From NCBI GenBank assembly GCA_002737275.1, contig NSIG01000005.1:333-64332 (forward strand): 64,000 nucleotides of DNA, written 5' to 3'. This document shows, piece by piece, positions 28,098 through 37,356 of the stretch; positions within the stretch are counted from its first letter, which is position 1; each line of letters opens with the position of its first letter. Below the pieces are notes generated by a model, which was not told where the DNA came from, did no database searches, and saw nothing but the letters and a program-made list of their open reading frames with translations. This DNA is from Opitutia bacterium (lineage in GTDB: Bacteria > Verrucomicrobiota > Verrucomicrobiia > Opitutales > Opitutaceae). The translations under genes and the position numbers were made by a program.

Positions 28098-30521
28098 TCA
28101 GCGGCGGGAGCCGGAGCGATTAAGCGTGTAGGTGAAAAGGATCGCCTGTTTTTCCCCGATGAGGCGATTGACGCGGAGGTATCCCTTGTCGAACAGGTTA
28201 TTGATATTGAGCGCGAGGGTATGGTCGAAATTGCCCGTGCGGGGGAGTTTGTAGCGGGCGCCGACGCTCCAGAGGGTGAACGACGGGGTGCTCAGGGCAT
28301 ATTGGCGGGTGGAGCGAGTGACCGTGCGAACACCGGTCGCGGATGTGCTGTAAGTATCACCGGAGTTGGGCGCCTCGGTGGGCGTGCGCGCAAGGTGGGA
28401 GACGCTAATGTTGAAGGAGAAGTTGTTGAGCGCTCCGCCTTTGGGTTCATACTTCACGTAAACGCTGCCGTTTTGCGGCGAGATGCCGTTGACCCGGCGA
28501 CCGATGGCAGCGGGATTCGCTTCGCCGAAGTCGGTGTAGATGGAATACACGTGGCCCCAGCTGCCGCCGGTGGAGACTTCATTGCTCACGCGGTAAGTAA
28601 CATCGATTTCATAACCGCGGACGAGTTGATCCCCCTCGCGCTCGTTGACTTGGACAAAACTACCCGAACCGATCGGAGTCTCAATGAGGTTGGTGACGCT
28701 GACGTTGTAACGGTTGGCGTAGTAGCCACTGACCGTAAAGTTGAGGCGGTCCTCGAAGAAGGAGCCTTTGAAGCCGTAGTCGTAACCATCGGCGACCTCG
28801 GGTTTGAAGGTGGGATCGTAATGCTGGGCGGCGTTGTCGTTTTGGGAAACGAAGTAGCTCTCGCTGTAACTGCCGTAGACGCGCAGGTTGGGCGTGAGTT
28901 TGTAGTTAAAGCCAAGGTTTGGCTTGGTGAGGTTGATCGTCTTGTCGACTATCGAGCCGGTGACGTAAGGGATGGGAGCGGTGGCCGTAGTTCCGAAGCC
29001 GATGAAATCGCGATCGCGGAAACGAACCGAGTCGAAACGAAGCCCGGCGAAGGTGAGCAGGCGACCCTCCATGAAGGAGGTTTGTTGGCGAAGCAGACCG
29101 CCGATGACGGTGATGCGGCGCTTTTGATGGCGGGTCTTTACTCCGATGGTGGGGTCGAGCGGCGCGGTGAAGTAGGTGATCGGGCTGGTGGGGTTGAGGT
29201 TGGCATCAAGTGTCACGACGCGGCCCGATCCGGCGGCGTTCCAAGCGACGAGGTTTGGATGGCTCGGATTGGCGTAGTTGAGCGAAGGATCCCAGCGGTA
29301 GTAATCGTTGATATCAAGGGTGACCAGAGTCTTATGCTCGATCTTGCCGCGATTGGTTTTGTATTGCGCGAGAAGGTCGGCCTGCAGGCCGCCGCCGTCT
29401 TCGATGATGCGGGTCGTGTTGGGGACGGCTCCTCGGGTGGACGTGACGGGAGGAACGATGCCGGTCGCGGCATTGGCCGGTGGGTTGATGTTAATGGCGC
29501 CCCAGCTATTGTTTTGGTTATAGTCCCAGCGGCGGGCGAGGTAGTAGTTGGACGCGATGCGGGTGCTGAAGATATCGGTGAATTTTTTGTCGTAGACAGC
29601 GCCGTAGTTGGAGGAACCGCGGTCGAGCTGGCTGCGGGGGCCGTGGGCGTTGAAGCGGGCCAGATTCTTGGCGTAGCCGACGGCGATATCGTCGGAGAGG
29701 TCGGTCGTGCTCTTTTGGTCGATGACCAGCGGGGCGGAACTGTTGGGTGAGTGCCGGATTTGCAGGAAGTATTCGGCGGACAAGAAGAGGCTCGAGCCGT
29801 CGGGAAAGTCATTTTTGACGGCGAGGTAATATTCCTGGTTCCGGTTGCGGGCATACTCCATGTCGAACTCTTTTTGGAAATGGGATGCTGAGAAGAGGTA
29901 GTTGGTGCTGCCGAGCGCGGTGCGCGCCACGGGACCGGCGGTCTCCAGCGTGCCGCGCTGGGTGCCCTCGTTGCCGTAGTTGACCGAAAGCCGCTGACTT
30001 TCTTTTGCCCGGGGCTGTTTGGAGACCATGTTCATCATGCCGCCGGGAGAGGTACGGCCATAGATGGCGGCGTTGTTTCCTTTGATGATTTCGATGCGGT
30101 CGACGTTGCTGGACCCATAGCGGCCGAGGCGGAAGAAGCCGTCGCGGAGCTGGGAGGTGGAACCGAAGCCGCGCAGGTTGAAGCCTCCGCCGACGTCAAG
30201 ACCGGTGAAGCCGCCGACCTGGATCAGGTTGTCGGAGAACTCAAAAATGCCGAAGTCCTCGAAGAACTCGCTGGTGATGACGTTGACGGTGTAGGGCAGT
30301 TCGGCGATCTGCGTGCGCACGCGGCTGCCGGTGAGGGTCTCCGAGGCAGCGTAGCCGCGGTTGGGCTCGGCCTTCACCGTGAACTCGGTGAGCTTGACGG
30401 TTTCGGATTCGGCGCTCGTCGCGGGGGCGACGGGGGCGGTTTGGGCGACGGCGAGCGCGCTGAGCACGATGAGCGCGATGAACGCGCAGCAGGCTTTTTT
30501 CAGGTGGGTTTTGGTGTTCAT
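28098..30521 (-). CDS. TonB-dependent receptor
   Basis: 807 aa with a signal peptide, a plug domain (VDRIEIIKGNNAAIYGRTSPGGMMNMVSK) and a long beta-barrel with alternating aromatic pattern. Confidence 0.9.
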   Translation of the reverse strand: MNTKTHLKKACCAFIALIVLSALAVAQTAPVAPATSAESETVKLTEFTVKAEPNRGYAASETLTGSRVRTQIAELPYTVNVITSEFFEDFGIFEFSDNLIQVGGFTGLDVGGGFNLRGFGSTSQLRDGFFRLGRYGSSNVDRIEIIKGNNAAIYGRTSPGGMMNMVSKQPRAKESQRLSVNYGNEGTQRGTLETAGPVARTALGSTNYLFSASHFQKEFDMEYARNRNQEYYLAVKNDFPDGSSLFLSAEYFLQIRHSPNSSAPLVIDQKSTTDLSDDIAVGYAKNLARFNAHGPRSQLDRGSSNYGAVYDKKFTDIFSTRIASNYYLARRWDYNQNNSWGAININPPANAATGIVPPVTSTRGAVPNTTRIIEDGGGLQADLLAQYKTNRGKIEHKTLVTLDINDYYRWDPSLNYANPSHPNLVAWNAAGSGRVVTLDANLNPTSPITYFTAPLDPTIGVKTRHQKRRITVIGGLLRQQTSFMEGRLLTFAGLRFDSVRFRDRDFIGFGTTATAPIPYVTGSIVDKTINLTKPNLGFNYKLTPNLRVYGSYSESYFVSQNDNAAQHYDPTFKPEVADGYDYGFKGSFFEDRLNFTVSGYYANRYNVSVTNLIETPIGSGSFVQVNEREGDQLVRGYEIDVTYRVSNEVSTGGSWGHVYSIYTDFGEANPAAIGRRVNGISPQNGSVYVKYEPKGGALNNFSFNISVSHLARTPTEAPNSGDTYSTSATGVRTVTRSTRQYALSTPSFTLWSVGARYKLPRTGNFDHTLALNINNLFDKGYLRVNRLIGEKQAILFTYTLNRSGSRR

Positions 30522-30572
30522 AAAGACAAGGTTTGGGCGTTCACCGGGGGGGGCGGACTTTGCCGGAGGGGG

Positions 30573-30601
30573 ATTTTATAAGCTGGCGCCCCCCTTGTCC
30601 A
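30573..30601 (-). promoter_or_regulatory. Sigma70-like promoter candidate for the TonB-dependent receptor
   Basis: Minus strand reads TGGACA-N17-TAAAAT, about 50 nt upstream of the receptor ATG. It is the only good -35/-10 match I found in that spacer. Confidence 0.35.
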
Positions 30602-30918
30602 CCTCTGATATAGGCTTTTTCGTCCTTGGAGGTAGTTGCGCGACGACCGTGCGGCCGAGCGACGATGCGGAGAGCGAGGGGCTGTCTGAGCGGCAGCGGC
30701 GTCGAATTCAAAAATTTAGCGGCGACCGCCGCGGAAGAGAAAGCCGTCGTAGCCGCCGTTTACGCCAAAGAGACCGCGGTGCGACCGGTGGAACCAACGG
30801 CTGCCGGCGATCCATTCGCGCGCATGGAATATTTCCGCTAACTCCGAACCCAGCGGGTTCCGACGGGAGGTGGAAAGGTCGGTAGCGGATGCGGAATCGG
30901 AACGACGGAGCAGGCAGA

Positions 30919-32541
30919 TCACGGCGCGGCGAGAAATACGCCGACGTAGTCGCGGGACCAGAACGGGTCTTCCTGCCAGCCTTGGACGCGGGGGGATTTA
31001 AGCCAGTTTTTCGTGTTGAAATAAAGCGGGGCGATTGGCGCGACTTCTAGTATGAGGGCTTCGGCTGCGACCGCTGCGAGTTTGGGCGGAGAGGCTAAAG
31101 GACGCAGGGCGAAGAGTGCGTCGTAGCGGGGATCGGACCAGCGGGGGTAGTTGCCGGGGGCACCGGTGGTGAAATTCTCAAGGGACGGGGCGGGATCGGC
31201 CAAGTCGGGAATTTCGGTGATAAAACCGATGTCGTAGTCGCCGGTGCGAAGGGCGGAGAGGTGGACTTTTGCGTCGCGGAGCGCGATCGCGACATCGATC
31301 CCGAGCGTGGATTTCCACATGGCTTGGATCGCCTCAAGCACGGGGGTCTGCGACCAACCGGTCAGTTCAAGGCGGGGGAAGTCTTTACCGGCGGGAAAGC
31401 CGGCGGCGGCGAGGAGGGCGGCAGCGGTTTCGACGGATACGGAATTGGAGCTCGGAGAGGCCGCCCGGAGGGACGGAGGAAGAAAGGTGAGGGTGGGGTT
31501 TTGGCCGCCGCGGAGGACGTGGGCGGTGATTTTTTCGCGGTCGATGGCTAGGCTCAGGGCGCGGCGAACGCGGGGGTCGTCGAGGGGCGGGCGGCGGGTG
31601 TTGAAGGTGAGGTAGCGGGTCTCGGCGAGGGGGGTTTGAAAAATCTCGGCGGTGCGGTCGCGGGAGTAGGTTTCAAGTTTCGAGATCGGGACGGCCATTG
31701 TGACATCGACTTGGCCGGCGCGGTAGGCGCGTTCTTCGGTGTCGCCGCTGTCGAAGCGGAGGAACTGGATTTCGTCGAGACGCACGGCGACGGCGGCGCG
31801 GTAAACGGGATTTTTTCTGACGACGATGCGTTGCTGTTGGCGCCACTCGGCGAGGGTGAACGGGCCGTTGCCGACGTGGTGGGCGGGCTGCGTCCAATTG
31901 CGGCCATGTTTGGAGACCGTGGCGGGGTGGACGGGAATCCATGCGCCGCTGGAGACGTAGAGCAGGAAAGCGGGCGTGGGGCGCTCGAGCGTGACGATGA
32001 GTTTTTGGGGATCGGGCGCGGCGAAACCGACGGAGGAAAAATCGGTCAGAGTGCCGGCGGCGAAGGCGCGGGCATTTTTGACGGGGTAGAAAAGTTCGGC
32101 TTTGGGCGCGGCGATCGCGGGTGTGAGCAGGCGTCGGTAGGAGGCGATGAAGTCGGAGGAGGTGACGGGATCGCCGTTGGACCAACGGGCTTCGGGGTGG
32201 AGGTGAAACGTGTAGGTGAGTGCGTCGGCGGAGATTTCCCAGCGGGAGGCGGCGGCCGGTTGCGGTGTTCGTCCGTCGGGACCGGCGGTGACCACGCCTT
32301 CGCCGAGGGCGCGGATGACGAAGAATTCGTCGGGGAGGGTGGCGGTGGCGGGGTCGAGATCGGCGGGCTCGTTGCGTTGGCTGAGGCGGAGGACTTGGGG
32401 CGCCGTGTAGCCGGAGGGTACGGGATCTTTTTTGGCGCAGGCGGAGAGGAAAAAGACGCAGAGGAGGGCAGAGAGCAGCGCGAAAGGGCCGGAGAGACGA
32501 AGGCGGGGGCTCGCGGCGGCGGGCGGGAGGGAGGGTGGCAT
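30919..32541 (-). CDS. Family-5 (OppA/DppA-like) solute-binding lipoprotein, copy 2
   Basis: 540 aa with lipobox FLSAC. SBP_bac_5-like blocks (RWEISADALTYTFHL, WSNGDPVTSSDF). Paralogous to the upstream gene. Confidence 0.85.
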   Translation of the reverse strand: MPPSLPPAAASPRLRLSGPFALLSALLCVFFLSACAKKDPVPSGYTAPQVLRLSQRNEPADLDPATATLPDEFFVIRALGEGVVTAGPDGRTPQPAAASRWEISADALTYTFHLHPEARWSNGDPVTSSDFIASYRRLLTPAIAAPKAELFYPVKNARAFAAGTLTDFSSVGFAAPDPQKLIVTLERPTPAFLLYVSSGAWIPVHPATVSKHGRNWTQPAHHVGNGPFTLAEWRQQQRIVVRKNPVYRAAVAVRLDEIQFLRFDSGDTEERAYRAGQVDVTMAVPISKLETYSRDRTAEIFQTPLAETRYLTFNTRRPPLDDPRVRRALSLAIDREKITAHVLRGGQNPTLTFLPPSLRAASPSSNSVSVETAAALLAAAGFPAGKDFPRLELTGWSQTPVLEAIQAMWKSTLGIDVAIALRDAKVHLSALRTGDYDIGFITEIPDLADPAPSLENFTTGAPGNYPRWSDPRYDALFALRPLASPPKLAAVAAEALILEVAPIAPLYFNTKNWLKSPRVQGWQEDPFWSRDYVGVFLAAP

Positions 32542-32577
32542 GGGCGAGAGCGCGGAGCGCGGGTCGGAGACCCTGCC

Positions 32578-34230
32578 CTACTTTTCGAGGGAGACGTAGC
32601 GGTAGTCGGTGTGGTCCATCGGCGTGGGTTGCCAGCCTTTCACGGAAGGATGGAGCAGGTAGACGTGGGTGTTGAAATAAATCGGGATGATCGGCGCGGC
32701 GTCGAGGACGAGGGCTTCGGATTCGGCGAGGACGGCGGCGCGGGCGTTGGGGTCGGCGATCGTGAGGGCGCGGGCGGCGAGGGCGTCGTAGGCGGGGGAT
32801 TTCCAGCCGGTGTGGTTGTTGCCGGAATCGCTTAGCCACATGTCGAGGAAGGTCGTGGCGTCGAGGTAATCGGCGGTCCAGCTGCCGAGCAGGACTTGGT
32901 AGTCACCGGCGCGGCGGTTGGCGAAGACGACCTTGAATTCCTGGTTCACGAGGCGGATGTCCACGCCGAGGTCGCGGCGCCACATCTGTTGGATGGCCTC
33001 GGCGACTAGGCGCAGAATCTCGGAGTTGTTGTAAAGGATCTCGATCGGCGGGAGACCGGCACCGCCGGGAAAGCCGGCGTCGGCGAGGAGCTGGCGGGCG
33101 GCGGCGAGATCGAAGGCGCGGCGGGCGGGTGGTGTGTAGCCCTGGAGCAGGGGTGGGATAAACGAGGGCGCGGGCTGACGGCCGCCGGGCAAAATGTTGG
33201 CGGTGATGGCGTCGCGGTCGACGGCGAGGGCGAGGGCGCGGCGGACGCGGGGATCGGTGAACGGGGCTTTGCGGACGTTGAGCCGGAAAAAATAAGTCTC
33301 GAGGATGGGATCGATGCGCAGAGCGGGAGATTTCTCGCGTTGGAGCGGGAGGACTTTGGAAAGCGGGAGTGCCCACGTGGCGTGGAGCTGGCCGGCGCGG
33401 TAGGCGCGCTCTTCGGCGTCGATACTATCGGTGGGGAAGAAACGGACGCCATTAAGGCGGACGCGGGCGCGATCCCAGTAAGTGGGCGATTTTTCGACGA
33501 CGAGGTGTTGTTGCGGGATCCATTCCTTTAACATGAAAGGACCGCTCGTGACGATGCGGCCGGGTCGGGTCCAAGCGGTGCCGCGGCGCAGCGGGTCGCC
33601 GTGGGTGGCGATGGAGCGGACATGAATGGGTCGCCAAGGGGAGTTAAGCAGAATCTGGAGGAAGTAAGGCGTGGGGTGATTGAGGGTGACGATGAGCGTG
33701 CGGGCATCCGGCGCGGCGAGACCGACGGCGGAAAAATCGGTGGTGCGGCCCTTGTTGAACGCCTCGGCGCCGCGGAGGACGTAGAAGAGATAGGCGTAGT
33801 CGGCGGCGAGACTGGGCGAGAGCATCCGGCGCCACGCATCGATGCAGTCCTGCGCGGTCATAGGATCGTTGTTGCTCCATTTCGCGTCGGCGCGGAGGTG
33901 GAACGTGTAGGTAAGTCCGTCGGCGGAGATCTCCCAGCGCTCGGCGAGGGCGGGGACGGGGGCGAGGGTGGCGGGGTCGTAGCTGACGAGCGGATCGAAG
34001 AGGGACTGGATGATCTTCGCCTCGCCGAGGCCGGTGACGATATGCGGGTCGAGATCGGAAGGTTCGGAGCCGACGCTGAGGTGTAGCACGCCCTCGCGGT
34101 TGCCGCGTTCGACGGCGGTCTCGCGTTTGCCGCAACCGGTGAAGGCGAGGAGCGGAAGAAGGAGGGTGAGAAGGGCGGCTTGAAAACGCGGGCGGGACGC
34201 ACGGGCCGAAAGGGAAGCGGAGAAATTCAT
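32578..34230 (-). CDS. Family-5 (OppA/DppA-like) solute-binding lipoprotein, copy 1
   Basis: Start at ATG MNFSASL, with lipobox AFTGC. Blocks RWEISADGLTYTFHL and WSNNDPMTAQD. Its ATG overlaps the ispF stop (ATGA at 34227-34230). Confidence 0.85.
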   Translation of the reverse strand: MNFSASLSARASRPRFQAALLTLLLPLLAFTGCGKRETAVERGNREGVLHLSVGSEPSDLDPHIVTGLGEAKIIQSLFDPLVSYDPATLAPVPALAERWEISADGLTYTFHLRADAKWSNNDPMTAQDCIDAWRRMLSPSLAADYAYLFYVLRGAEAFNKGRTTDFSAVGLAAPDARTLIVTLNHPTPYFLQILLNSPWRPIHVRSIATHGDPLRRGTAWTRPGRIVTSGPFMLKEWIPQQHLVVEKSPTYWDRARVRLNGVRFFPTDSIDAEERAYRAGQLHATWALPLSKVLPLQREKSPALRIDPILETYFFRLNVRKAPFTDPRVRRALALAVDRDAITANILPGGRQPAPSFIPPLLQGYTPPARRAFDLAAARQLLADAGFPGGAGLPPIEILYNNSEILRLVAEAIQQMWRRDLGVDIRLVNQEFKVVFANRRAGDYQVLLGSWTADYLDATTFLDMWLSDSGNNHTGWKSPAYDALAARALTIADPNARAAVLAESEALVLDAAPIIPIYFNTHVYLLHPSVKGWQPTPMDHTDYRYVSLEK

Positions 34231-34706
34231 GAACGGGAAATGAGGCAGACGGCGTGGGCGGCGATGGCCAGGCCCCGACCGATTTCGTCGATGCCCTCGT
34301 TGGTGGTGGCTTTTAGGCCGATGCAATCGACGGGGAGGCCGGTGGAGGCGGCGAGGGCGGCTTTCATCGCGGCGAGGTGCGGGGCGATCTTTGGTTTTTC
34401 CGTGATGAGGGAGGCGTCGATGTTGACGAGGGAAAATTGGCGGGAGGCGAGTTCGGCCACGACGCGGCGAAGGAGGATTTGGGAGTCGATGTTGCGGAGC
34501 GCGGGATCGGTGTTGGGGAAAAAGTGGCCGATATCGGGGAGGGCGGCGGCACCGAGCAGGGCGTCGCAGATGGCGTGGGTAAGGCAGTCGGCGTCGGAGT
34601 GGCCCTCGAGACCGTAGTCGGTGGCGAAGCGCACGCCGCCGAGGACGAGCGGGCGGCCGAAGACGAGGCGGTGGATGTCGTAGCCGTGGCCGATGCGGAG
34701 GTTCAT
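34227..34706 (-). CDS. ispF: 2-C-methyl-D-erythritol 2,4-cyclodiphosphate synthase
   Basis: 159 aa. IGHGYDIHRL ... GHSDADCLTHAICDALLGAA ... signature. Confidence 0.95.
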   Translation of the reverse strand: MNLRIGHGYDIHRLVFGRPLVLGGVRFATDYGLEGHSDADCLTHAICDALLGAAALPDIGHFFPNTDPALRNIDSQILLRRVVAELASRQFSLVNIDASLITEKPKIAPHLAAMKAALAASTGLPVDCIGLKATTNEGIDEIGRGLAIAAHAVCLISRS

Positions 34707-34732
34707 GCGAAGGTGCGGAAGCGGAATTGGCC

Positions 34733-34759
34733 CAGGGAACACACGGGAAACACGGAAAA
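34733..34759. repeat. Tandem 9-nt CACGGA-type repeat (3 units)
   Basis: cagggaaca-cacgggaaa-cacggaaaa, in the 67-nt ispD-ispF spacer. Flanks (GGAATTGG ... AAAAAATgTCGGGAAaAA..ATCAGG) are homologous to 12961-13050. Confidence 0.65.
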
Positions 34760-34773
34760 AATGTCGGGAAAAA

Positions 34774-35505
34774 TCAGGCGGACGTGCGGGGCGGGAACAG
34801 AGCCGAGGAGTCGGACGTGTCGGGTGCGGGGGCGGAGCGGGCGAGAAGGAAATCGAGGTAGGCGAGGTCGGCGGGCGTGGTGAGTTTGGGATTGGGCTCG
34901 GTGTTTTCGAGGAGGGCGATGGGGTGGTCGAGGCCCTCGACGGCTTGGGCATCGTCGGTGATGCGGAGCTTTTTCTTGGCGACGCGGGCGTAAGCGCGGT
35001 CGATGAGTTCGCGAGAAAAAACCTGGGGAGTTTCCATGGCCCAGAGATGATCGCGGTCGAGGGTCTTGAGGTGGGCGGTGGCGTGGTGCTTTTTGATGGT
35101 GTCGGTCACGCGATGGGCGAGAACCACGGCGCCCTCGCGGCGAACGATTTTGTAAAGTGCGACGAGTTGCTCGGCGCTCACCAACGGGCGCGCACAGTCA
35201 TGGATGAAGACGTGGGCGATATCGGCCGGGAGTGCGGCGAGGGCGGCGACGACGGAGTCTTGGCGCTCGGCTCCGCCTTGGATGAGGACGCAAGGAGTGG
35301 GCGCATGCGCCGAGAGCGTGAGCATCTGGCGTTGGTCGCGGTAAACGACGACATAGAAATCGGCGACTCCGCTGGCGGCGAAAGCGGCGGCGCTGTGGGC
35401 GAAGACAGGCCGGCCCGCAAGGGGCGCGAGGATTTTATCGGCGACCGCGCCGGACATGCGCGTGCTGCTGCCGGCGGCGAGGAGGATGGCGGCGGTTCGG
35501 CTCAT
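34774..35505 (-). CDS. ispD: 2-C-methyl-D-erythritol 4-phosphate cytidylyltransferase
   Basis: N-terminal AILLAAGSSTRM P-loop-like motif, 243 aa, next to ispF. Confidence 0.9.
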   Translation of the reverse strand: MSRTAAILLAAGSSTRMSGAVADKILAPLAGRPVFAHSAAAFAASGVADFYVVVYRDQRQMLTLSAHAPTPCVLIQGGAERQDSVVAALAALPADIAHVFIHDCARPLVSAEQLVALYKIVRREGAVVLAHRVTDTIKKHHATAHLKTLDRDHLWAMETPQVFSRELIDRAYARVAKKKLRITDDAQAVEGLDHPIALLENTEPNPKLTTPADLAYLDFLLARSAPAPDTSDSSALFPPRTSA

Positions 35506-35581
35506 GGCTGGAAGGGAAAAAGTCGAGAGTTGAGGGCTGAGAGTGGAGGGACCGGAGCCGCCCGCGCGGGCGGGCGAGTTG

Positions 35582-36274
35582 TCAGGCGGCGAGTTCGGCG
35601 AGGATGGCGCGGGCGGCGGCGACAGGGTCGGGAGCTTTGAAAATGGGGCGGCCGACCACGATGTGGGTGGCGCCCGCGCGGGCGGCCTCGCCGGGAGTCA
35701 TAATCCGGGTCTGGTCGCCGGCATCGGCGCCGCGGGGTCGGATGCCGGGGGTGACGAGGGCGACATCGGCCGGGAGTACGGCGCGGAGAGGCGCGAGTTC
35801 GAGAGGCGAGCACACGAGGCCGCGGAGGCCGGAGTCGATGGCGAGGCGGCCGAGGCGGACGACTTGGTCGGCGGGCGGGGCGGCGACACCGGTCTCGGCG
35901 AGGCCTTCGGCGCTCATCGAGGTGAGGACGGTGACGCCGAGGAGAAGGAGGTGCGGGGCGTGCTGTTGTTGGGCCTTGACGGCCCATTGCAGCATCTCGC
36001 GGCCGCCGGAGGTATGCAGCGTGAGCATCTTGATCGGGAGCGGCGCGACGGATTCGACGGCCTTGGCAACGGTGTTGGGGATGTCGTGGAGCTTCAGGTC
36101 GAGGAAGACATCGAAACCGAGGTCGGCGATTTCGCGCACGCAGTCGGGACCGCAGGCGGTGAACATTTCGAGGCCGACCTTGACCCAGCGGACGGTGCCC
36201 TGGAGTTGGCGGAGGGCGGGGGCGACGGTGCGCGGGGATTGGGCGTCGAGGACGAGAATAAGGTCGGTGGCCAT
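35582..36274 (-). CDS. pyrF: Orotidine 5'-phosphate decarboxylase
   Basis: 230 aa from ATG 36274. Motifs VKVGLEMF, FLDLKLHDIPNTV, IVVGRPI. Confidence 0.9.
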   Translation of the reverse strand: MATDLILVLDAQSPRTVAPALRQLQGTVRWVKVGLEMFTACGPDCVREIADLGFDVFLDLKLHDIPNTVAKAVESVAPLPIKMLTLHTSGGREMLQWAVKAQQQHAPHLLLLGVTVLTSMSAEGLAETGVAAPPADQVVRLGRLAIDSGLRGLVCSPLELAPLRAVLPADVALVTPGIRPRGADAGDQTRIMTPGEAARAGATHIVVGRPIFKAPDPVAAARAILAELAA

Positions 36275-36368
36275 CGTTAGACGGGAGAGTGAGGGAGCTT
36301 CGGGGGATAAATCAAAAGCCAAAAAATGCGGCTGGCCCGAGGTGGGGGTGGCGGTGTTTGGTAGGTGG

Positions 36369-37274
36369 GTGCGCGCCATCGAGATTTTTGCCCCGGCTAA
36401 ACTGAACCTGTTTCTCGCGATCACGGGACGGCGGACGGATGGATTTCATGATTTGGCCTCGGTGGCGGCGACGCTGGATTTCGGCGATACGCTACGGGCG
36501 GATGTGCGGGAGCGGGAGGAAGGCGGTGGTGAATGGAGGTTACATTGTGATGACGCGACGGTGCCGACCGACGAGACGAATTTAGTGGTGAAGGCGGCGC
36601 GAGCCTTTGCGGCGGCGACGGGCTGGCCGGGAAAAGGTATGGGCGTGGATTTTTCGCTGATAAAACGGGTGCCGATGGGCGCGGGGCTGGGGGGCGGGAG
36701 CAGTGATGCGGTGGCGGCGTTGCGGGCGCTGAATGCTCTGTCGGGCTTGGCGCTGGGAGCGGCTGAACTGGCAAAGATGGCCGCCGGACTCGGCTCGGAT
36801 TGCGCGCTTTTTTTGCACGACGGGCCGGTGGTGATGCGGGGGCGCGGAGAGCGGATCGAGGTTTTGCCGACAGGTGCGAGCACGCGGTTGCGGGGGCGGC
36901 GGGCATTGGTGTTTAAGCCGGGTTTCGGGATCGCGACTCCGTGGGCGTATGGGCGGATGGCGAGTAAAGCGCCGTTGGGTTATCTGCTGGCGGCCGAGGC
37001 GGAAGCGCGTTTGGCCGCATGGATCGGCGGCGACGGCGCGGCGGAAGCGTTGCTTTTTAACAACATGGAGCCGGTGGCGTTTGAGAAATGTGTGGCGCTG
37101 CCGACGTTGCTGGAGCAGTTGCGCGATGAGTTCGGTTTGGTCGCGCGGATGAGCGGAAGCGGGAGCGCGTGTTTCGCGTTTTTGCCCGACGGAATGGACG
37201 CGGCAATGATCGGCCAGACGGTGCGGGCGGCATGGGGGCCGACGAGTTTCGTGGTCGAGGCAAAGTTGCGGTGA
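36369..37274 (+). CDS. ispE: 4-diphosphocytidyl-2-C-methyl-D-erythritol kinase
   Basis: APAKLNLFLAITGRRTDGFHDL and the GHMP motif PMGAGLGGGSSDAVA. No in-frame ATG, so GTG 36369 (or a nearby GTG) is assumed. Confidence 0.85.
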   Translation: MRAIEIFAPAKLNLFLAITGRRTDGFHDLASVAATLDFGDTLRADVREREEGGGEWRLHCDDATVPTDETNLVVKAARAFAAATGWPGKGMGVDFSLIKRVPMGAGLGGGSSDAVAALRALNALSGLALGAAELAKMAAGLGSDCALFLHDGPVVMRGRGERIEVLPTGASTRLRGRRALVFKPGFGIATPWAYGRMASKAPLGYLLAAEAEARLAAWIGGDGAAEALLFNNMEPVAFEKCVALPTLLEQLRDEFGLVARMSGSGSACFAFLPDGMDAAMIGQTVRAAWGPTSFVVEAKLR

Positions 37275-37356
37275 AAGAGCATTGACCGTGCTCGGCCGGA
37301 AAGCGTTATCAATCTGAGCTGCACGCGGCTCAACCGCGCCTGCTGCGCTCACTTTA

